The position numbers and the translations under genes are program-made. A stretch of 29,181 nucleotides of DNA, taken from IMG/VR virus record IMGVR_UViG_3300036941_000037, positions 1 to 29,181 of that record, one strand, 5' to 3'. Below, in pieces: positions 1-9,930 of the stretch. How positions within the stretch are numbered: position 1 is the first letter of the stretch; each line of letters begins with the position of its first letter. The notes under the pieces were generated by a model. It worked only from the letters and a program-made list of their open reading frames with translations, searched no databases and was not told the origin of the DNA. Source of the DNA: a virus (Duplodnaviria; Caudoviricetes).

Positions 1-3000
1 TTAGCCTTCTTTCCAGAATCTTATATGGAGTAGCCTGGAATATCAGCAGTGCTCTGAATTTCGGATTCCTTAGCCACGCGGGATTCTGTTCTCTGCCTAG
101 AAAATTGTTTTTAAGAATCAAATCCAGGTTAGAGTAATAAGCCTGCTCAACAGTCATTCCCTTTTTAGCCGCAAGTCTCAGCCCTACCATAACAGAAGTT
201 CCTCTGTCAAAAAGTTCTGCTGTACTAATCCATACAGAACCTAATGACATCGTTTTTCCTCCCGCTTTCTTTGCTTCATTCCACATTTTCACAGCAGAGT
301 CAAAATACTCATCCCTTGAAATCAGTCCCATCTCCAGCATCCTATGCCTATAGTGCATAGTTGGAATCATGGAGTCCATGTAATTTTTCAGGAACTTCTC
401 TTGTCCCTGCGGGGTTTTAAATCCAAGAGTTGCAAGAGCTTTCTTTCCGGTTGGATTCAAATCCTGTACTCTCCATCCAACATTCTTAGCACCATAACTA
501 ATTCCCCTTGCAACTTCAATCGGCCCTCTTGTTGCAATGTCGCCAGATATTTTACACAAATGCTTGAGCCCGGCGGAGGGATTCAGGAATAAATGGTGCA
601 GCACTTCAAAATTATAATACATCCTTAACGCTTTATTAGTAAGTGACCTCTCATGCGGAGCAATTCCCTCTCGCAGGTTTCTGAAAATATCTCCAATTAC
701 TGGATACCTATCACCATATTTCCTTTCTACCTTATCCCATCCTTGTTTCCAGAATGTTTTATTCTGTATTCTTTTCTCTATATCATAAACATATTCTGCT
801 GTTGACATTTCAATGTCTGGAACCATCGGCCGGGAGTTGAGACTTCTACGGTAGAACTTGCTATAAGCATTTCTGGTTAAATCCCCAGCCATCAACTCAT
901 ATTCTTTAGCATTATACTTTGGGTGTAAGACATAGTGTGCATAAGGCCCATCCATTGTAGGAACCTTTAAGTCTTTCAACCTCTGCTTATACACCAGCAA
1001 CTGCTCCCGCATCTGTCCAAGAGCTGCTTCCTCTGTCGGAGTAAACCTCATGTCTCTCAGAAAGGGATACTTCTCAAATTCTGGCGTATCATCCAGAGCA
1101 TAGAACAACTTCGCAGAAGGTGACTTTGCAGCTGCGTCTCTAGCTACCCTCTGGTAATCTTGATGAAACTTATTTACCTCCGGGGCCAGCTTATCTGACA
1201 GAGCCTTATACTCTGCGAGCTTTCCATCTATTGCTTCAATATCTCCGTACTTAGATTTCTTTACTTTCTTCCCAGATACCTGTCCATTAGTAATCCTCTT
1301 CTTAGCTTTTTCAAGAATCTTCTGCATATACAAAGCATGATCATATTCTACTTGCGACTTCATCCCAGGAACCAGAGGTTCAAACATTTCTGTAAGAGCT
1401 TTCCTATCTCCTTTAATCCCCGCCTGTTTCAGAATATTATAAAACACTCTCTGCCCATTCCAGATATTCCTATACTCTGCCATACTATAAGAAGCTCTCC
1501 AGACAGCCGGATTATTCAGCATATTTTCATTAACATTAAGTACTACCTCTCCAACTTGGTAAGGAGAAAAGAACTTATACTTTAACTTTCCAGTAGCATC
1601 CTTAATCCACCTTTCACCGTGTTTCAATATCTGAGATGGCCCGCCCTTGTCAGAGTCTTTTAGTCCAACTTGAAATCCCTCTTTAGCTATATGCACTACA
1701 TCATCAGTAGTTACTTTCTCAACCATTAAGGACTTTTCTTGCATCTGCTTCATAAGCCCAACCATCTTCTCATCCATCTTACCAGTGATAGCTTTAGCTC
1801 CTCTGGCTACTAAAGACCCAACACTAGCCTCTGCGGTATCCGGGCTGAACATATGAAACGCAGCAGCTCCTACTCCAGCCAGTGCAAAGAACGTAGTGAG
1901 TGCTGCCTTACTATTAATAAAGGAAATAGCTTTATCTGCACTATCCATTAAATCAGCTACAACATTCGGGTTAGCAATCACTCCAGACTGCACGCCATTC
2001 TTAGCTCCTTGAACAGAAGCTTCTATTCTATCCACAGCCTGCTTACCAGTAATCTCTCCTCTCTGAAAAGCCTTTACTGCATCATCTCCCTGCTTTAGTG
2101 CACCATCCCAGTCAAGTGTAGACATACTGATTTCGTTGGCTAGGTTATCTTCATACCTATTAGATTTCTGTATAACATCCTCTGCTATTTTCTTATCAAT
2201 AGCTGCTTGCTTAGCATTTCTAGAAATACCTTTAATCCTTACAAACCCATCATCATCTAAGTAAGCATAAACCCCTTTGCTTTTCAAGAGATCAACCATA
2301 TCTCCTACTTCCATCTCTGGATCAGCAGAATCTATAACATCATTTACTATACTCCTTACTCCCTTATTCAACCTCTTCGGCCCCTTCATCCAAGGTGGAT
2401 ATGTCATATCCGGAGCCTTCTTCGGCGGGGCCTTAGGAACTTCTGTCCCAGGTTCTGTGGTCAACTTTCCTCTCCGCGTCTTCCCAGCTACGACATTATT
2501 CACCTTATCGGCAACCGGGTCAGTCTTTATATCCACAAACGTCTGGGCATAACTCCTCTGTGATCTAATGCCCCAGTTCCTAAAGGCCTCATCTTCGGCC
2601 TCCCTCTCTGCAGATCTCTTAAGCGCAGCAGTCCTACCAGATACATCTTTCCCCTCTGCAAGCGGAGCCTCTGAGGTCTCAGACCACCTAGCTCTCTTAG
2701 CCCAGGCATCAAACTCCATATTTTCAATTTGCTTAGGAGTATAGTGCACTCCACCCTTCTTACCATACAACATTTCCTCTAATCTATTAAATGCTGTCTT
2801 AGGCGGCAGGGGTTCCTTTGGCATCCAGGCAGGGGGTTCCAAAAGTCTACCACCAGTACTCTCAGGCAGCAGAAAATTCTTCGGCTCCGGCAACTGCAAC
2901 ACCGCTGGCCCAGAAGGTATACTCCTTTCAGCTATCTCCCTCTCAGCTTGTGCTAAACTAATCTTCCCTGATGCAATATCCCTCCACCGTTGCTGATTCG

Positions 3001-4102
3001 CTAGATGATGCAACACTTCATCAGGAGCACCAGTTCCATGCTGCCCTACATACTCAACCAGTGCTCTCTCAGTAACCTCATCCGGTTTCTTTGCAAAGGT
3101 TTTCTTAAAGAAATCTTCAACCTTTCTATACTTCCCCTTAACCTCCGGGCTAACTCCAAGATGCCTCTTATTAATCTCCTTCGCAAACTTTTTCATTTCC
3201 TTCTGGTGCTTATTCATCTTCAAGACATTCTCTGCTACAGGAATAGCAGTCAGTCCTTCAACTGTAGCTTTCCTCGCAACAGTAAACCCTCTCAAAAGAG
3301 CCTGATCCATCTTAGCACCAGCTATCAATGTCGGGCCAAACTCAGCACCAAGTACTTTTACCTTATCCCAAGTACTCCCTGAGTGCATCCGGGCTTTACC
3401 CCATTCAGTAGTAGCTAGTAACTTACTCCAAGGCTGTTGCACAACCTCATAAGCTGCACCAGAAGCGCCACCAAGTACCGCACCAGCACCTGCTGTTACT
3501 CCCATCGGAGATGCTAAAGCTGCACCTGCTGCCGCACCTATCCCTGCTCCAGTTGCAATCTGCTCTTTCGTAGGCATCCACGGCATTGCTTCAGCTTCTT
3601 TACTCTCAACCTCCCGCTGCTGCCCCACCCAGCCTTCATAACCCGGGGGAGCCTTCACACCTTCATCTTCTCCCCCAATCCCAAACCAAGCAGAATCCGC
3701 CAACCTCTTATACCAATACGACCCTTCCAGTCTACTCCTACCATCAGCAGTTGGCATTGCCAGTGATCTCTTACCCAACTCACTAGCAATAATCTCCGGG
3801 TCAACTCCCTGCAACCTGGGGTCTTGAAGAGCTACAATCATCTTATCCCTGAGCTCTCTACTAACCCCTTTCATAGGATGATCATTAGGAATACTCGCTT
3901 CCAGTGCATCAACATCAGAGGCATACTTTGTCTTCTTAGTAGCCCTCGGGCTTGGAGTAAATGGCTGCATTAATCCTGCCACCATTTTATCCAATTCCTC
4001 AGGTTTAACCAATAGCTTCAGCTTATCCTCTTCTGCCTTCCTCTCAGCATTTCTCTGTGCTGTTAGTAGACTCGTATATGCTGATCTAAGAGATGCAGGC
4101 AT
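1..4102 (-). CDS. Large virion protein, probable DNA-ejection/internal core protein (partial, >1360 aa, runs off the window start)
   Basis: ATG at 4102 with AAAGGA RBS; begins MPASLRSAYTSLLTAQRNAERKAEEDKLK. Frame checked open at several points including the window edge (...ALLIFQATPYKILERRL). Gly/Ala hydrophobic segments near 3450-3560 and 1850-1920. Absent from the ORF track because no stop lies in the window. Confidence 0.8.
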   Translation of the reverse strand, partial: MPASLRSAYTSLLTAQRNAERKAEEDKLKLLVKPEELDKMVAGLMQPFTPSPRATKKTKYASDVDALEASIPNDHPMKGVSRELRDKMIVALQDPRLQGVDPEIIASELGKRSLAMPTADGRSRLEGSYWYKRLADSAWFGIGGEDEGVKAPPGYEGWVGQQREVESKEAEAMPWMPTKEQIATGAGIGAAAGAALASPMGVTAGAGAVLGGASGAAYEVVQQPWSKLLATTEWGKARMHSGSTWDKVKVLGAEFGPTLIAGAKMDQALLRGFTVARKATVEGLTAIPVAENVLKMNKHQKEMKKFAKEINKRHLGVSPEVKGKYRKVEDFFKKTFAKKPDEVTERALVEYVGQHGTGAPDEVLHHLANQQRWRDIASGKISLAQAEREIAERSIPSGPAVLQLPEPKNFLLPESTGGRLLEPPAWMPKEPLPPKTAFNRLEEMLYGKKGGVHYTPKQIENMEFDAWAKRARWSETSEAPLAEGKDVSGRTAALKRSAEREAEDEAFRNWGIRSQRSYAQTFVDIKTDPVADKVNNVVAGKTRRGKLTTEPGTEVPKAPPKKAPDMTYPPWMKGPKRLNKGVRSIVNDVIDSADPEMEVGDMVDLLKSKGVYAYLDDDGFVRIKGISRNAKQAAIDKKIAEDVIQKSNRYEDNLANEISMSTLDWDGALKQGDDAVKAFQRGEITGKQAVDRIEASVQGAKNGVQSGVIANPNVVADLMDSADKAISFINSKAALTTFFALAGVGAAAFHMFSPDTAEASVGSLVARGAKAITGKMDEKMVGLMKQMQEKSLMVEKVTTDDVVHIAKEGFQVGLKDSDKGGPSQILKHGERWIKDATGKLKYKFFSPYQVGEVVLNVNENMLNNPAVWRASYSMAEYRNIWNGQRVFYNILKQAGIKGDRKALTEMFEPLVPGMKSQVEYDHALYMQKILEKAKKRITNGQVSGKKVKKSKYGDIEAIDGKLAEYKALSDKLAPEVNKFHQDYQRVARDAAAKSPSAKLFYALDDTPEFEKYPFLRDMRFTPTEEAALGQMREQLLVYKQRLKDLKVPTMDGPYAHYVLHPKYNAKEYELMAGDLTRNAYSKFYRRSLNSRPMVPDIEMSTAEYVYDIEKRIQNKTFWKQGWDKVERKYGDRYPVIGDIFRNLREGIAPHERSLTNKALRMYYNFEVLHHLFLNPSAGLKHLCKISGDIATRGPIEVARGISYGAKNVGWRVQDLNPTGKKALATLGFKTPQGQEKFLKNYMDSMIPTMHYRHRMLEMGLISRDEYFDSAVKMWNEAKKAGGKTMSLGSVWISTAELFDRGTSVMVGLRLAAKKGMTVEQAYYSNLDLILKNNFLGREQNPAWLRNPKFRALLIFQATPYKILERRL

Positions 4103-4114
4103 TTTATTATCCTT

Positions 4115-4146
4115 TCAGAAAAGTCAATATTTGACACGGTTACTGA
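4115..4146 (+). promoter_or_regulatory. Dispersed ~32-bp element, copy 1 (TCAGAAAAGTCAATATTTGACACGGTTACTGA)
   Basis: GTCAA-TAT-TTGAC palindrome with conserved flanks. Fills the gap between the stop at 4148 and the next RBS. Confidence 0.8.
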
Positions 4147-4147
4147 A

Positions 4148-4768
4148 TTATTCATACATCCAAGATGGATTATTTCTTCTTCTGAGATTTCTAAACCAGT
4201 TGCCGAGGGTATTTACTCCTTCGCTTTCATCACTGAGAAGATCAAGTGCCCAGTCACCGCCATATCTTGGTAGCCTGTCTTCGAGAGTTACTTCTGGCCT
4301 TGCAGTAGCAGCATTGTAGGCTGATTCTTCTTGCTGAATGTTTTGAGCCAGCTTATTTACTTTTTCTCCTGCAAAGTATTCATCAAGTGTAGACCTTATT
4401 CCAGCAGCCTGCTCTCCTTGTAATTCAGCCATCTTGTTTGCATACATAGCTTCTGTTGCATAGCCCTTGTCAGCTCCATACCTGAGTGCACCCGCATGAG
4501 CTTGGGCTGCACCCAACTGACCTATCCTACTTTGATCAGCTCTGTATCTCTCCGCAGAAGCTCCTATGTTAGCTACATCTACTCCACCGACATTCCTAAG
4601 TTTTTGTGCTAGAATATCTGCGAGAGCTCTCGTGGTAGCTGAACCAGTGGTTGCACCAGCCTGTATGTTGGCTACCTTTATTCCAGACTGTGCATCTAGG
4701 AGAGCTTTCCTATCCTTAGGCCCGAGGCCCATCATCTTATATCTCATTGCATCAAAGTCTAGTGTCAT
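4148..4768 (-). CDS. Putative small internal virion/ejection protein (206 aa)
   Basis: Ala/Gly/Gln-rich, predicted helical, located just before the giant virion ORF as in podovirus ejection-gene clusters. Confidence 0.5.
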   Translation of the reverse strand: MTLDFDAMRYKMMGLGPKDRKALLDAQSGIKVANIQAGATTGSATTRALADILAQKLRNVGGVDVANIGASAERYRADQSRIGQLGAAQAHAGALRYGADKGYATEAMYANKMAELQGEQAAGIRSTLDEYFAGEKVNKLAQNIQQEESAYNAATARPEVTLEDRLPRYGGDWALDLLSDESEGVNTLGNWFRNLRRRNNPSWMYE

Positions 4769-4770
4769 AA

Positions 4771-6738
4771 CTAATCCCTTTCGTGATAGTAAATATACTG
4801 ATTTACATGACTACTACTATGCTGTTCTATATAACTTTCAGATATTGACCTACTCCAGGTAGCAGTATCTGACCTACTCTCTCCATGTCCTATATGAGCA
4901 GAGGCACTAACTCCTGCAAACGCAGCAGCCCCGAGCTGTCCAGCTACCTGTGAAATTCCCTTTGATACTTCAACTGCAAGACCATACTGACCTAGAAGAG
5001 TCTTTGCTAATACATCCATTTGCTGAACAGTCGCGGTGTTAATAGACTTCAGTTCTTCTACCTTACCAAGATAATTCCTCACTACTCCATCTATTTCAGC
5101 AGCATACTTACTAGTCTCTGCTTTAAATAAGTCAGTCTCCATCCCCGCTATTTTTACTTCAGAATCTACTTCAACAGCCTTAGCATTAATATCCATTCCA
5201 TACTTCTGCACCAAGGCTTTGAGTACTTCAACCTTCGACTGCACACTAGCAAGATTTACATTGGCTATATTAACATCTGCATTTGTTTTAGAGACTATTG
5301 CTTTTACTTCCTCTCCATAAGCTTGCACCAAACTCTTATGTACATCAGCTTTAATAGCTTCACCCTGCATTTGGGTAGCATATCCAGTATACTTACCTAC
5401 CGCTGCTCTTACTTGAACTTCCAATGCATTAACAATACCTTTAAATCTTTCAATCTTCAGCCCTTCAATCTGCGCTTGTATTGCAGCACCTTCCATCTCA
5501 GTTTTATAGCAATTATATAATACTTCCACACCTTTAATCTGAGCTAAGTAGAGTTCTACCATCGCTCTCTTAATATTTGTACTAGCCTCCAGTCCAGCAA
5601 TTCTAGCCTTATATAATTCTGCCTTAGCAACCTCTCCTCTGATTCTGGCTTCATATACTTGTGCAAGAATTTGATATATCTGTGTTTTTATTTTCAGAGC
5701 TTCTGCCTTCATAAGGTATAAACTGTGTGCAGATTCTACAGCATACTTTGCTGCTTCAAAAGCTCTTTGCTGATAGGCATTGCAATACTCTATTGCCATT
5801 CGCTCAAGGTTTATTGCAGAGGTAATTATAAAGTGAGTATTCTCTTGTGCAAGTTTACTTTGCTGGATTAGAATATCATTATTCAAGTCCTCCCTGACTT
5901 GTGCTATCTTATAGTCTACTTCTATCAGCGCACCATTGAGTGCTCCTGGAGGGAGCGGGGCACCTCTACTGGCAAAGAAATTCAGTGCATTATCATACAG
6001 TTTCTGGTTTTCTAGCTCTTGTCTCGCTGTAGCTCTATCGTAGATAGCCTGCTCAGTTGCATCATCCAGTCCAGTGCCTCCTGATACAAGCTCATTGTAT
6101 AACTTCTCCCTGAGATATTCATACACAGCAGAATTATACTCCGCTTCGTTCCAATAAAACTCTGTCTCCGGCGGAGTCAATTCATCTGTTGGAGCTTCGT
6201 GATCGAACTCTATAACATTATATTCTGGCGGTGAAGGAACTTCGTCAAAGTCAAGTGATGGAATCGGGGGAATACTATCACTCGGCGGACTTGGTATAGC
6301 TATATTTGCAATCCCAGGAGGATCAACATTTGTATCTGGCCAAGGTACATCCGGAGCTGATGGGATATCAATTCCTGGATCTGGTACGTTCATTTCAGGA
6401 ATGGTCGGCGACTCTATATCTGGATCGTATCCTTCAGGAATACTCGGATCATAGGTCGGCCAATCTACTGCTATACCTGATATGTCTGGAGCTATTGGAG
6501 CATTTAATGATAAGCTACTGAGTTGCGTCGGGTCAAGCTCATTGAAAGTCTCCTCATCAATAGCTATATCAAAGGTCATATTCTTCAGTGTTTCAAACGC
6601 ATCAATAGCTGTATTCCAGAGATTTTCAGATACTTCCTTCGAAGTATTAAACTTCTCAATCACTAACTCTCCAGCACTCGAAAGTTCAGAAGGATCAGTG
6701 AACTCTGGTAACAAGTCTCCAGATGATATAGTCCCCAT
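4771..6738 (-). CDS. Virion structural protein with Pro/Asp-rich segment and long helical region (655 aa), possibly an ejection or tail protein
   Basis: PxIPxxP-like low-complexity stretch at aa ~80-195, then long Ala/Tyr/Lys/Glu helical sequence; operon position. Confidence 0.5.
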   Translation of the reverse strand: MGTISSGDLLPEFTDPSELSSAGELVIEKFNTSKEVSENLWNTAIDAFETLKNMTFDIAIDEETFNELDPTQLSSLSLNAPIAPDISGIAVDWPTYDPSIPEGYDPDIESPTIPEMNVPDPGIDIPSAPDVPWPDTNVDPPGIANIAIPSPPSDSIPPIPSLDFDEVPSPPEYNVIEFDHEAPTDELTPPETEFYWNEAEYNSAVYEYLREKLYNELVSGGTGLDDATEQAIYDRATARQELENQKLYDNALNFFASRGAPLPPGALNGALIEVDYKIAQVREDLNNDILIQQSKLAQENTHFIITSAINLERMAIEYCNAYQQRAFEAAKYAVESAHSLYLMKAEALKIKTQIYQILAQVYEARIRGEVAKAELYKARIAGLEASTNIKRAMVELYLAQIKGVEVLYNCYKTEMEGAAIQAQIEGLKIERFKGIVNALEVQVRAAVGKYTGYATQMQGEAIKADVHKSLVQAYGEEVKAIVSKTNADVNIANVNLASVQSKVEVLKALVQKYGMDINAKAVEVDSEVKIAGMETDLFKAETSKYAAEIDGVVRNYLGKVEELKSINTATVQQMDVLAKTLLGQYGLAVEVSKGISQVAGQLGAAAFAGVSASAHIGHGESRSDTATWSRSISESYIEQHSSSHVNQYIYYHERD

Positions 6739-6744
6739 AATTAT

Positions 6745-8277
6745 TTACTCCTGATAATTGAGTAATTCTATTGTTTCTTTAGTAATAATTTTAATCAGAG
6801 AAAACTCACCGTTTCCGTATACTTCCTGATCATCAACAGTAATTGGTAATTTATGCGTATAGTCTACTCTCGCATAAATTTCTGCTGTATCCTGGCACTG
6901 TACAGTATCCCCATTAAATAAGAGGTAGTTAAAATTCTCATCTATTCTTTTGGTATAAGATGCTAGTACTATATAGTTATCACCAATTTGATATATCCTT
7001 GGGTGTGTATAATAAGTTAATAGATTATCATTACTACTTTCTATCTCATGCAGCGTATATTCTGTACCAAGAACTGATATTACTGCATACTCTTTGGTTT
7101 TATCAGTGGTATTACTATCATTGCTTATATTCCAATCACAGGTGTCATAGTCATAAGTTGTTATCTTCGTACGTTCTAGTACATAATTATGCTCAGTTAA
7201 GTAAAAGAAAAAAGCTGCATCTTGTGTAGTAGTACCAGCAGCAGTTGTGCAGACACTTGATATGTCTACTGACTCTCCGAAAGTTTTATTATAAAGTGTA
7301 TAATTACTACTATGATCATAATCATAATATGCTGCCGGTTCATCTTCATAATCAGGAGGATTTTGTGGGTTGTCGTTCTCCCATCTATCCCACCATCGTT
7401 CACAAGCTGTAGGATCTGGCGGATTCTCTGGGTCACAGCCTATCACACTTAAGTTAAAACCACTGCCATTTGCCTCATAGTAACTATCGAATTCTTGTGT
7501 TTGATTGCAGTTTTTAACTTTTGGCCCAGAGTATCCTTCAGGATCAGTTGCAATATAAATGTAATAATCTTTCTGCGTAATATGGCCACGCCTCATATCA
7601 CGCTGCAAACCGCCGCTTGCATGACATATTCCGCAGCAGTGTAAATCAAGATAAGTTTCTGATTCCCAAGTATTGATATTAATATCATCTCCGTACTCAA
7701 AACTATCATCTAAATAGTATTTATTAGTAGCAGGAACTTCATAGTACTCTTTTGTTTTGTCTCCAAGATATTTAATTGTAAGAAGTCTTTCGGTATAGTC
7801 TTCTGGCTCAACTCCATTATACCAGTAACTCCATAAACCATACTTGAAAGGATAAATCTCATCCTCTTCACAAGATATAAAAGTAGGAGTTTGACTCCAT
7901 TCTCCACTTTCGTGTACTGCTATTCCGAGCCAGTTTCCATCTGCATCATAGACATGATGCGCTGGAACATATTTAACGTAGAAGGATTCTATTTCATACC
8001 TTAACTTCTTCTTCTCTGGTGCTGGAGCAGTAGGTGGTATATAAATATAAGCCATCTTAATCCCGTGATTAATCTGAACTCTTATCTCCCCACCGTTATC
8101 CAGCTGCTCATCCAACCAATACTGAGGAAGTCTAGATACATTAACCAACTCCATCCTAAAGAACAAGTTAGTCATATCATGCAGAAATTCCCTAGCAACT
8201 TTAGTATCCCCAATCAAAGTTGTCCGAATACCCTTAACATTAAGGTATTCCTTGGGCAGGTTCTTAGTAATATCCAA
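6745..8277 (-). CDS. Hypothetical acidic Tyr/Cys-rich virion protein (~510 aa; start uncertain: TTG 8277 or ATG 8313)
   Basis: Long ORF. GAGAGGT RBS-like sequence precedes TTG at 8277, just after the 8282 stop. The track start at 8427 overlaps the upstream gene by 146 nt. Confidence 0.6.
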   Translation of the reverse strand: MDITKNLPKEYLNVKGIRTTLIGDTKVAREFLHDMTNLFFRMELVNVSRLPQYWLDEQLDNGGEIRVQINHGIKMAYIYIPPTAPAPEKKKLRYEIESFYVKYVPAHHVYDADGNWLGIAVHESGEWSQTPTFISCEEDEIYPFKYGLWSYWYNGVEPEDYTERLLTIKYLGDKTKEYYEVPATNKYYLDDSFEYGDDININTWESETYLDLHCCGICHASGGLQRDMRRGHITQKDYYIYIATDPEGYSGPKVKNCNQTQEFDSYYEANGSGFNLSVIGCDPENPPDPTACERWWDRWENDNPQNPPDYEDEPAAYYDYDHSSNYTLYNKTFGESVDISSVCTTAAGTTTQDAAFFFYLTEHNYVLERTKITTYDYDTCDWNISNDSNTTDKTKEYAVISVLGTEYTLHEIESSNDNLLTYYTHPRIYQIGDNYIVLASYTKRIDENFNYLLFNGDTVQCQDTAEIYARVDYTHKLPITVDDQEVYGNGEFSLIKIITKETIELLNYQE

Positions 8278-8281
8278 GGTG

Positions 8282-9166
8282 CTACCTCTCGTATCTGAGT
8301 ATATAAACTCCATCAAGTTGTTCTGTGTCTGCTCCTGAGAACTCTCCACCTGTATACTCATCATCAATAACAGCAGAGACATAAGCAGAGAGACTCGGAA
8401 CAGGAAAGTAACCCGTGACATATACATCCTCCTTGTAAGCAGTAGCTGCCAGTGTTGGGATAGGGAAGTAAAGAGTATTTATCTCTACTCCAGTATCCTG
8501 CGAAACAGAAGCTCTCCCAGTAAACGGAGGAAAATATCCACTGGCAGTAATAAAGTCTTGTTCTTCATATGCAACTGCTGAGAGTTTCGGGACAGGAAAG
8601 TATCCTTCTACCTCAGCATAATAATTCCCGGAGGCTTCTGCTTCTAGCTCTGGATAAGGAAAATACCCAGACGCTACCACCGTAGAACAGTAAGCAGTTG
8701 CCTCCATTGAAAGTGTAGGAAAGGTTCCTTCTGCAACATTCACCCCAACAGCTGAGAGCTCCGGGGTAGGAAACTTCCCACTTGCTGTTGCATAGTAAGG
8801 ACAAGTTACTGTTGCTGCCATTGACATAGTTGGGAACATACCATCTTCCAGTATATTCACACCATGCGCTGCTAGTGTAGGTACTGGGAACTTAGCTTCA
8901 CTTCCAAGTTTCCAGTTAAAGGCACCGGCGGCCTCTAAGTCAAATGGCGGAATGTAACCTTCCATCTTTGCAACAGTAATAATACTCGGGACAGCACTCT
9001 CTACAAGAGATACACTTTCACTTACATCTATCTCAGTATACAGCAGTGCATCACAGCTTTCTGTAAGAGAGCTACTGTCATTTACACTTACAAACGTATC
9101 AAATGCAAAGGTGCAACTCTCCACAAGAGAAGTGCTATCATTTACTGATATACTTAAGTCAGCCAT
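8282..9166 (-). CDS. Repeat-containing fibre scaffold/adaptor protein (294 aa)
   Basis: Three N-terminal hSVxDSxSLxES repeats followed by ~10 GxFPxPxLxA repeats. Confidence 0.6.
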   Translation of the reverse strand: MADLSISVNDSTSLVESCTFAFDTFVSVNDSSSLTESCDALLYTEIDVSESVSLVESAVPSIITVAKMEGYIPPFDLEAAGAFNWKLGSEAKFPVPTLAAHGVNILEDGMFPTMSMAATVTCPYYATASGKFPTPELSAVGVNVAEGTFPTLSMEATAYCSTVVASGYFPYPELEAEASGNYYAEVEGYFPVPKLSAVAYEEQDFITASGYFPPFTGRASVSQDTGVEINTLYFPIPTLAATAYKEDVYVTGYFPVPSLSAYVSAVIDDEYTGGEFSGADTEQLDGVYILRYER

Positions 9167-9169
9167 TTA

Positions 9170-9919
9170 CTAGGCTCCGTAATACTCCGGGAAAGTAATC
9201 GGGAAATCATCAAGAGTATAAGTTCTACCAGAAACTATATCCGTAGTCCCGAATACCATATCAGCATTTGAACTCCCTATACTCCCACTTACTCTGTAAA
9301 GAGTAGTACTTGCAAGAGCATTATCAGCAGCATTTGCTACCCAGAGAAAGTGAGATGCAACACCTGATGCTACCGCAGTTCCCTGCCAGGTTTCACTAGA
9401 TGGCTTATTAATAACACCATCTGCTGCATCATCCAGCTCAATACCATTATCAAAAGCCCCAGGAGTAAGTGTGCCCGCACTCTCAGTAAACTTAAGCAAC
9501 AGTGTTCCTGTCATTGCATCATCTGGTGAGCTCGGCCGGGAACCTGAGTAAACCCAAATCTCTCCGTCTTTCATGAGATCCCTGAGCGAGCCGCCCTGGC
9601 AGACAGCAACTACTGTACCAGCTGCACCACCTTCATCAGTATTAACAGTCCCTGAGGCAAAGGTAATAGTCCCTGCCGCGACAGTAAGAATTACAGCCCC
9701 AGTAATATCATCATCATTACCTGAAGTAGTCGCTCCCTGTACAAACAGTAAATCTCCAGGAGCAAATCCAGCATCTATAAACCCATTCCCAGAATCTGTA
9801 ATAGAATCTGCACTCTCCCCACCATCTACAAAGGCAAGACCAGTTCCAACAATAGCCCCTTTAATCTCCGCCTTTTTACTCAACAAAGCATTTCTAAGAC
9901 CGGTTGAATACTTTAACAT
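9170..9919 (-). CDS. Putative fibre/appendage subunit with inserted beta domain (249 aa)
   Basis: MLKYSTGLRNALL...IWVYSGSRPSSPDDAMTGTLL...GTAVASGVAS...GSIG...ADM pattern recalled from small phage virion proteins, with a ~90-aa Gly/Thr-rich insert. AAGGAG RBS. Confidence 0.55.
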   Translation of the reverse strand: MLKYSTGLRNALLSKKAEIKGAIVGTGLAFVDGGESADSITDSGNGFIDAGFAPGDLLFVQGATTSGNDDDITGAVILTVAAGTITFASGTVNTDEGGAAGTVVAVCQGGSLRDLMKDGEIWVYSGSRPSSPDDAMTGTLLLKFTESAGTLTPGAFDNGIELDDAADGVINKPSSETWQGTAVASGVASHFLWVANAADNALASTTLYRVSGSIGSSNADMVFGTTDIVSGRTYTLDDFPITFPEYYGA

Positions 9920-9930
9920 TTTATCTCTCC

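Noticed and set aside
1-4102. N4-type virion RNA polymerase
   Set aside because: No polymerase motif was recognised in the visible part, and this capsid family is not restricted to N4-like phages. It cannot be fully excluded for the missing part.
4115-4146. Dispersed element as an FNR/CRP box, integron attC, dif site or sigma70 promoter
   Set aside because: Arm order and spacing differ from TTGAT-N4-ATCAA, there is no GTTRRRY/RYYYAAC pair or dif consensus, and no consistent -10 lies at the right distance in the transcribed direction.
8278-8427. Signal-peptide-like N-terminus (MSRVTFLFRVSLLMSLLLLMM) of the 560-aa track ORF
   Set aside because: It overlaps the upstream gene by 146 nt. Met/Leu richness is the expected off-frame reading of Asp/Ala/Ser codons, and a better RBS lies before 8277.
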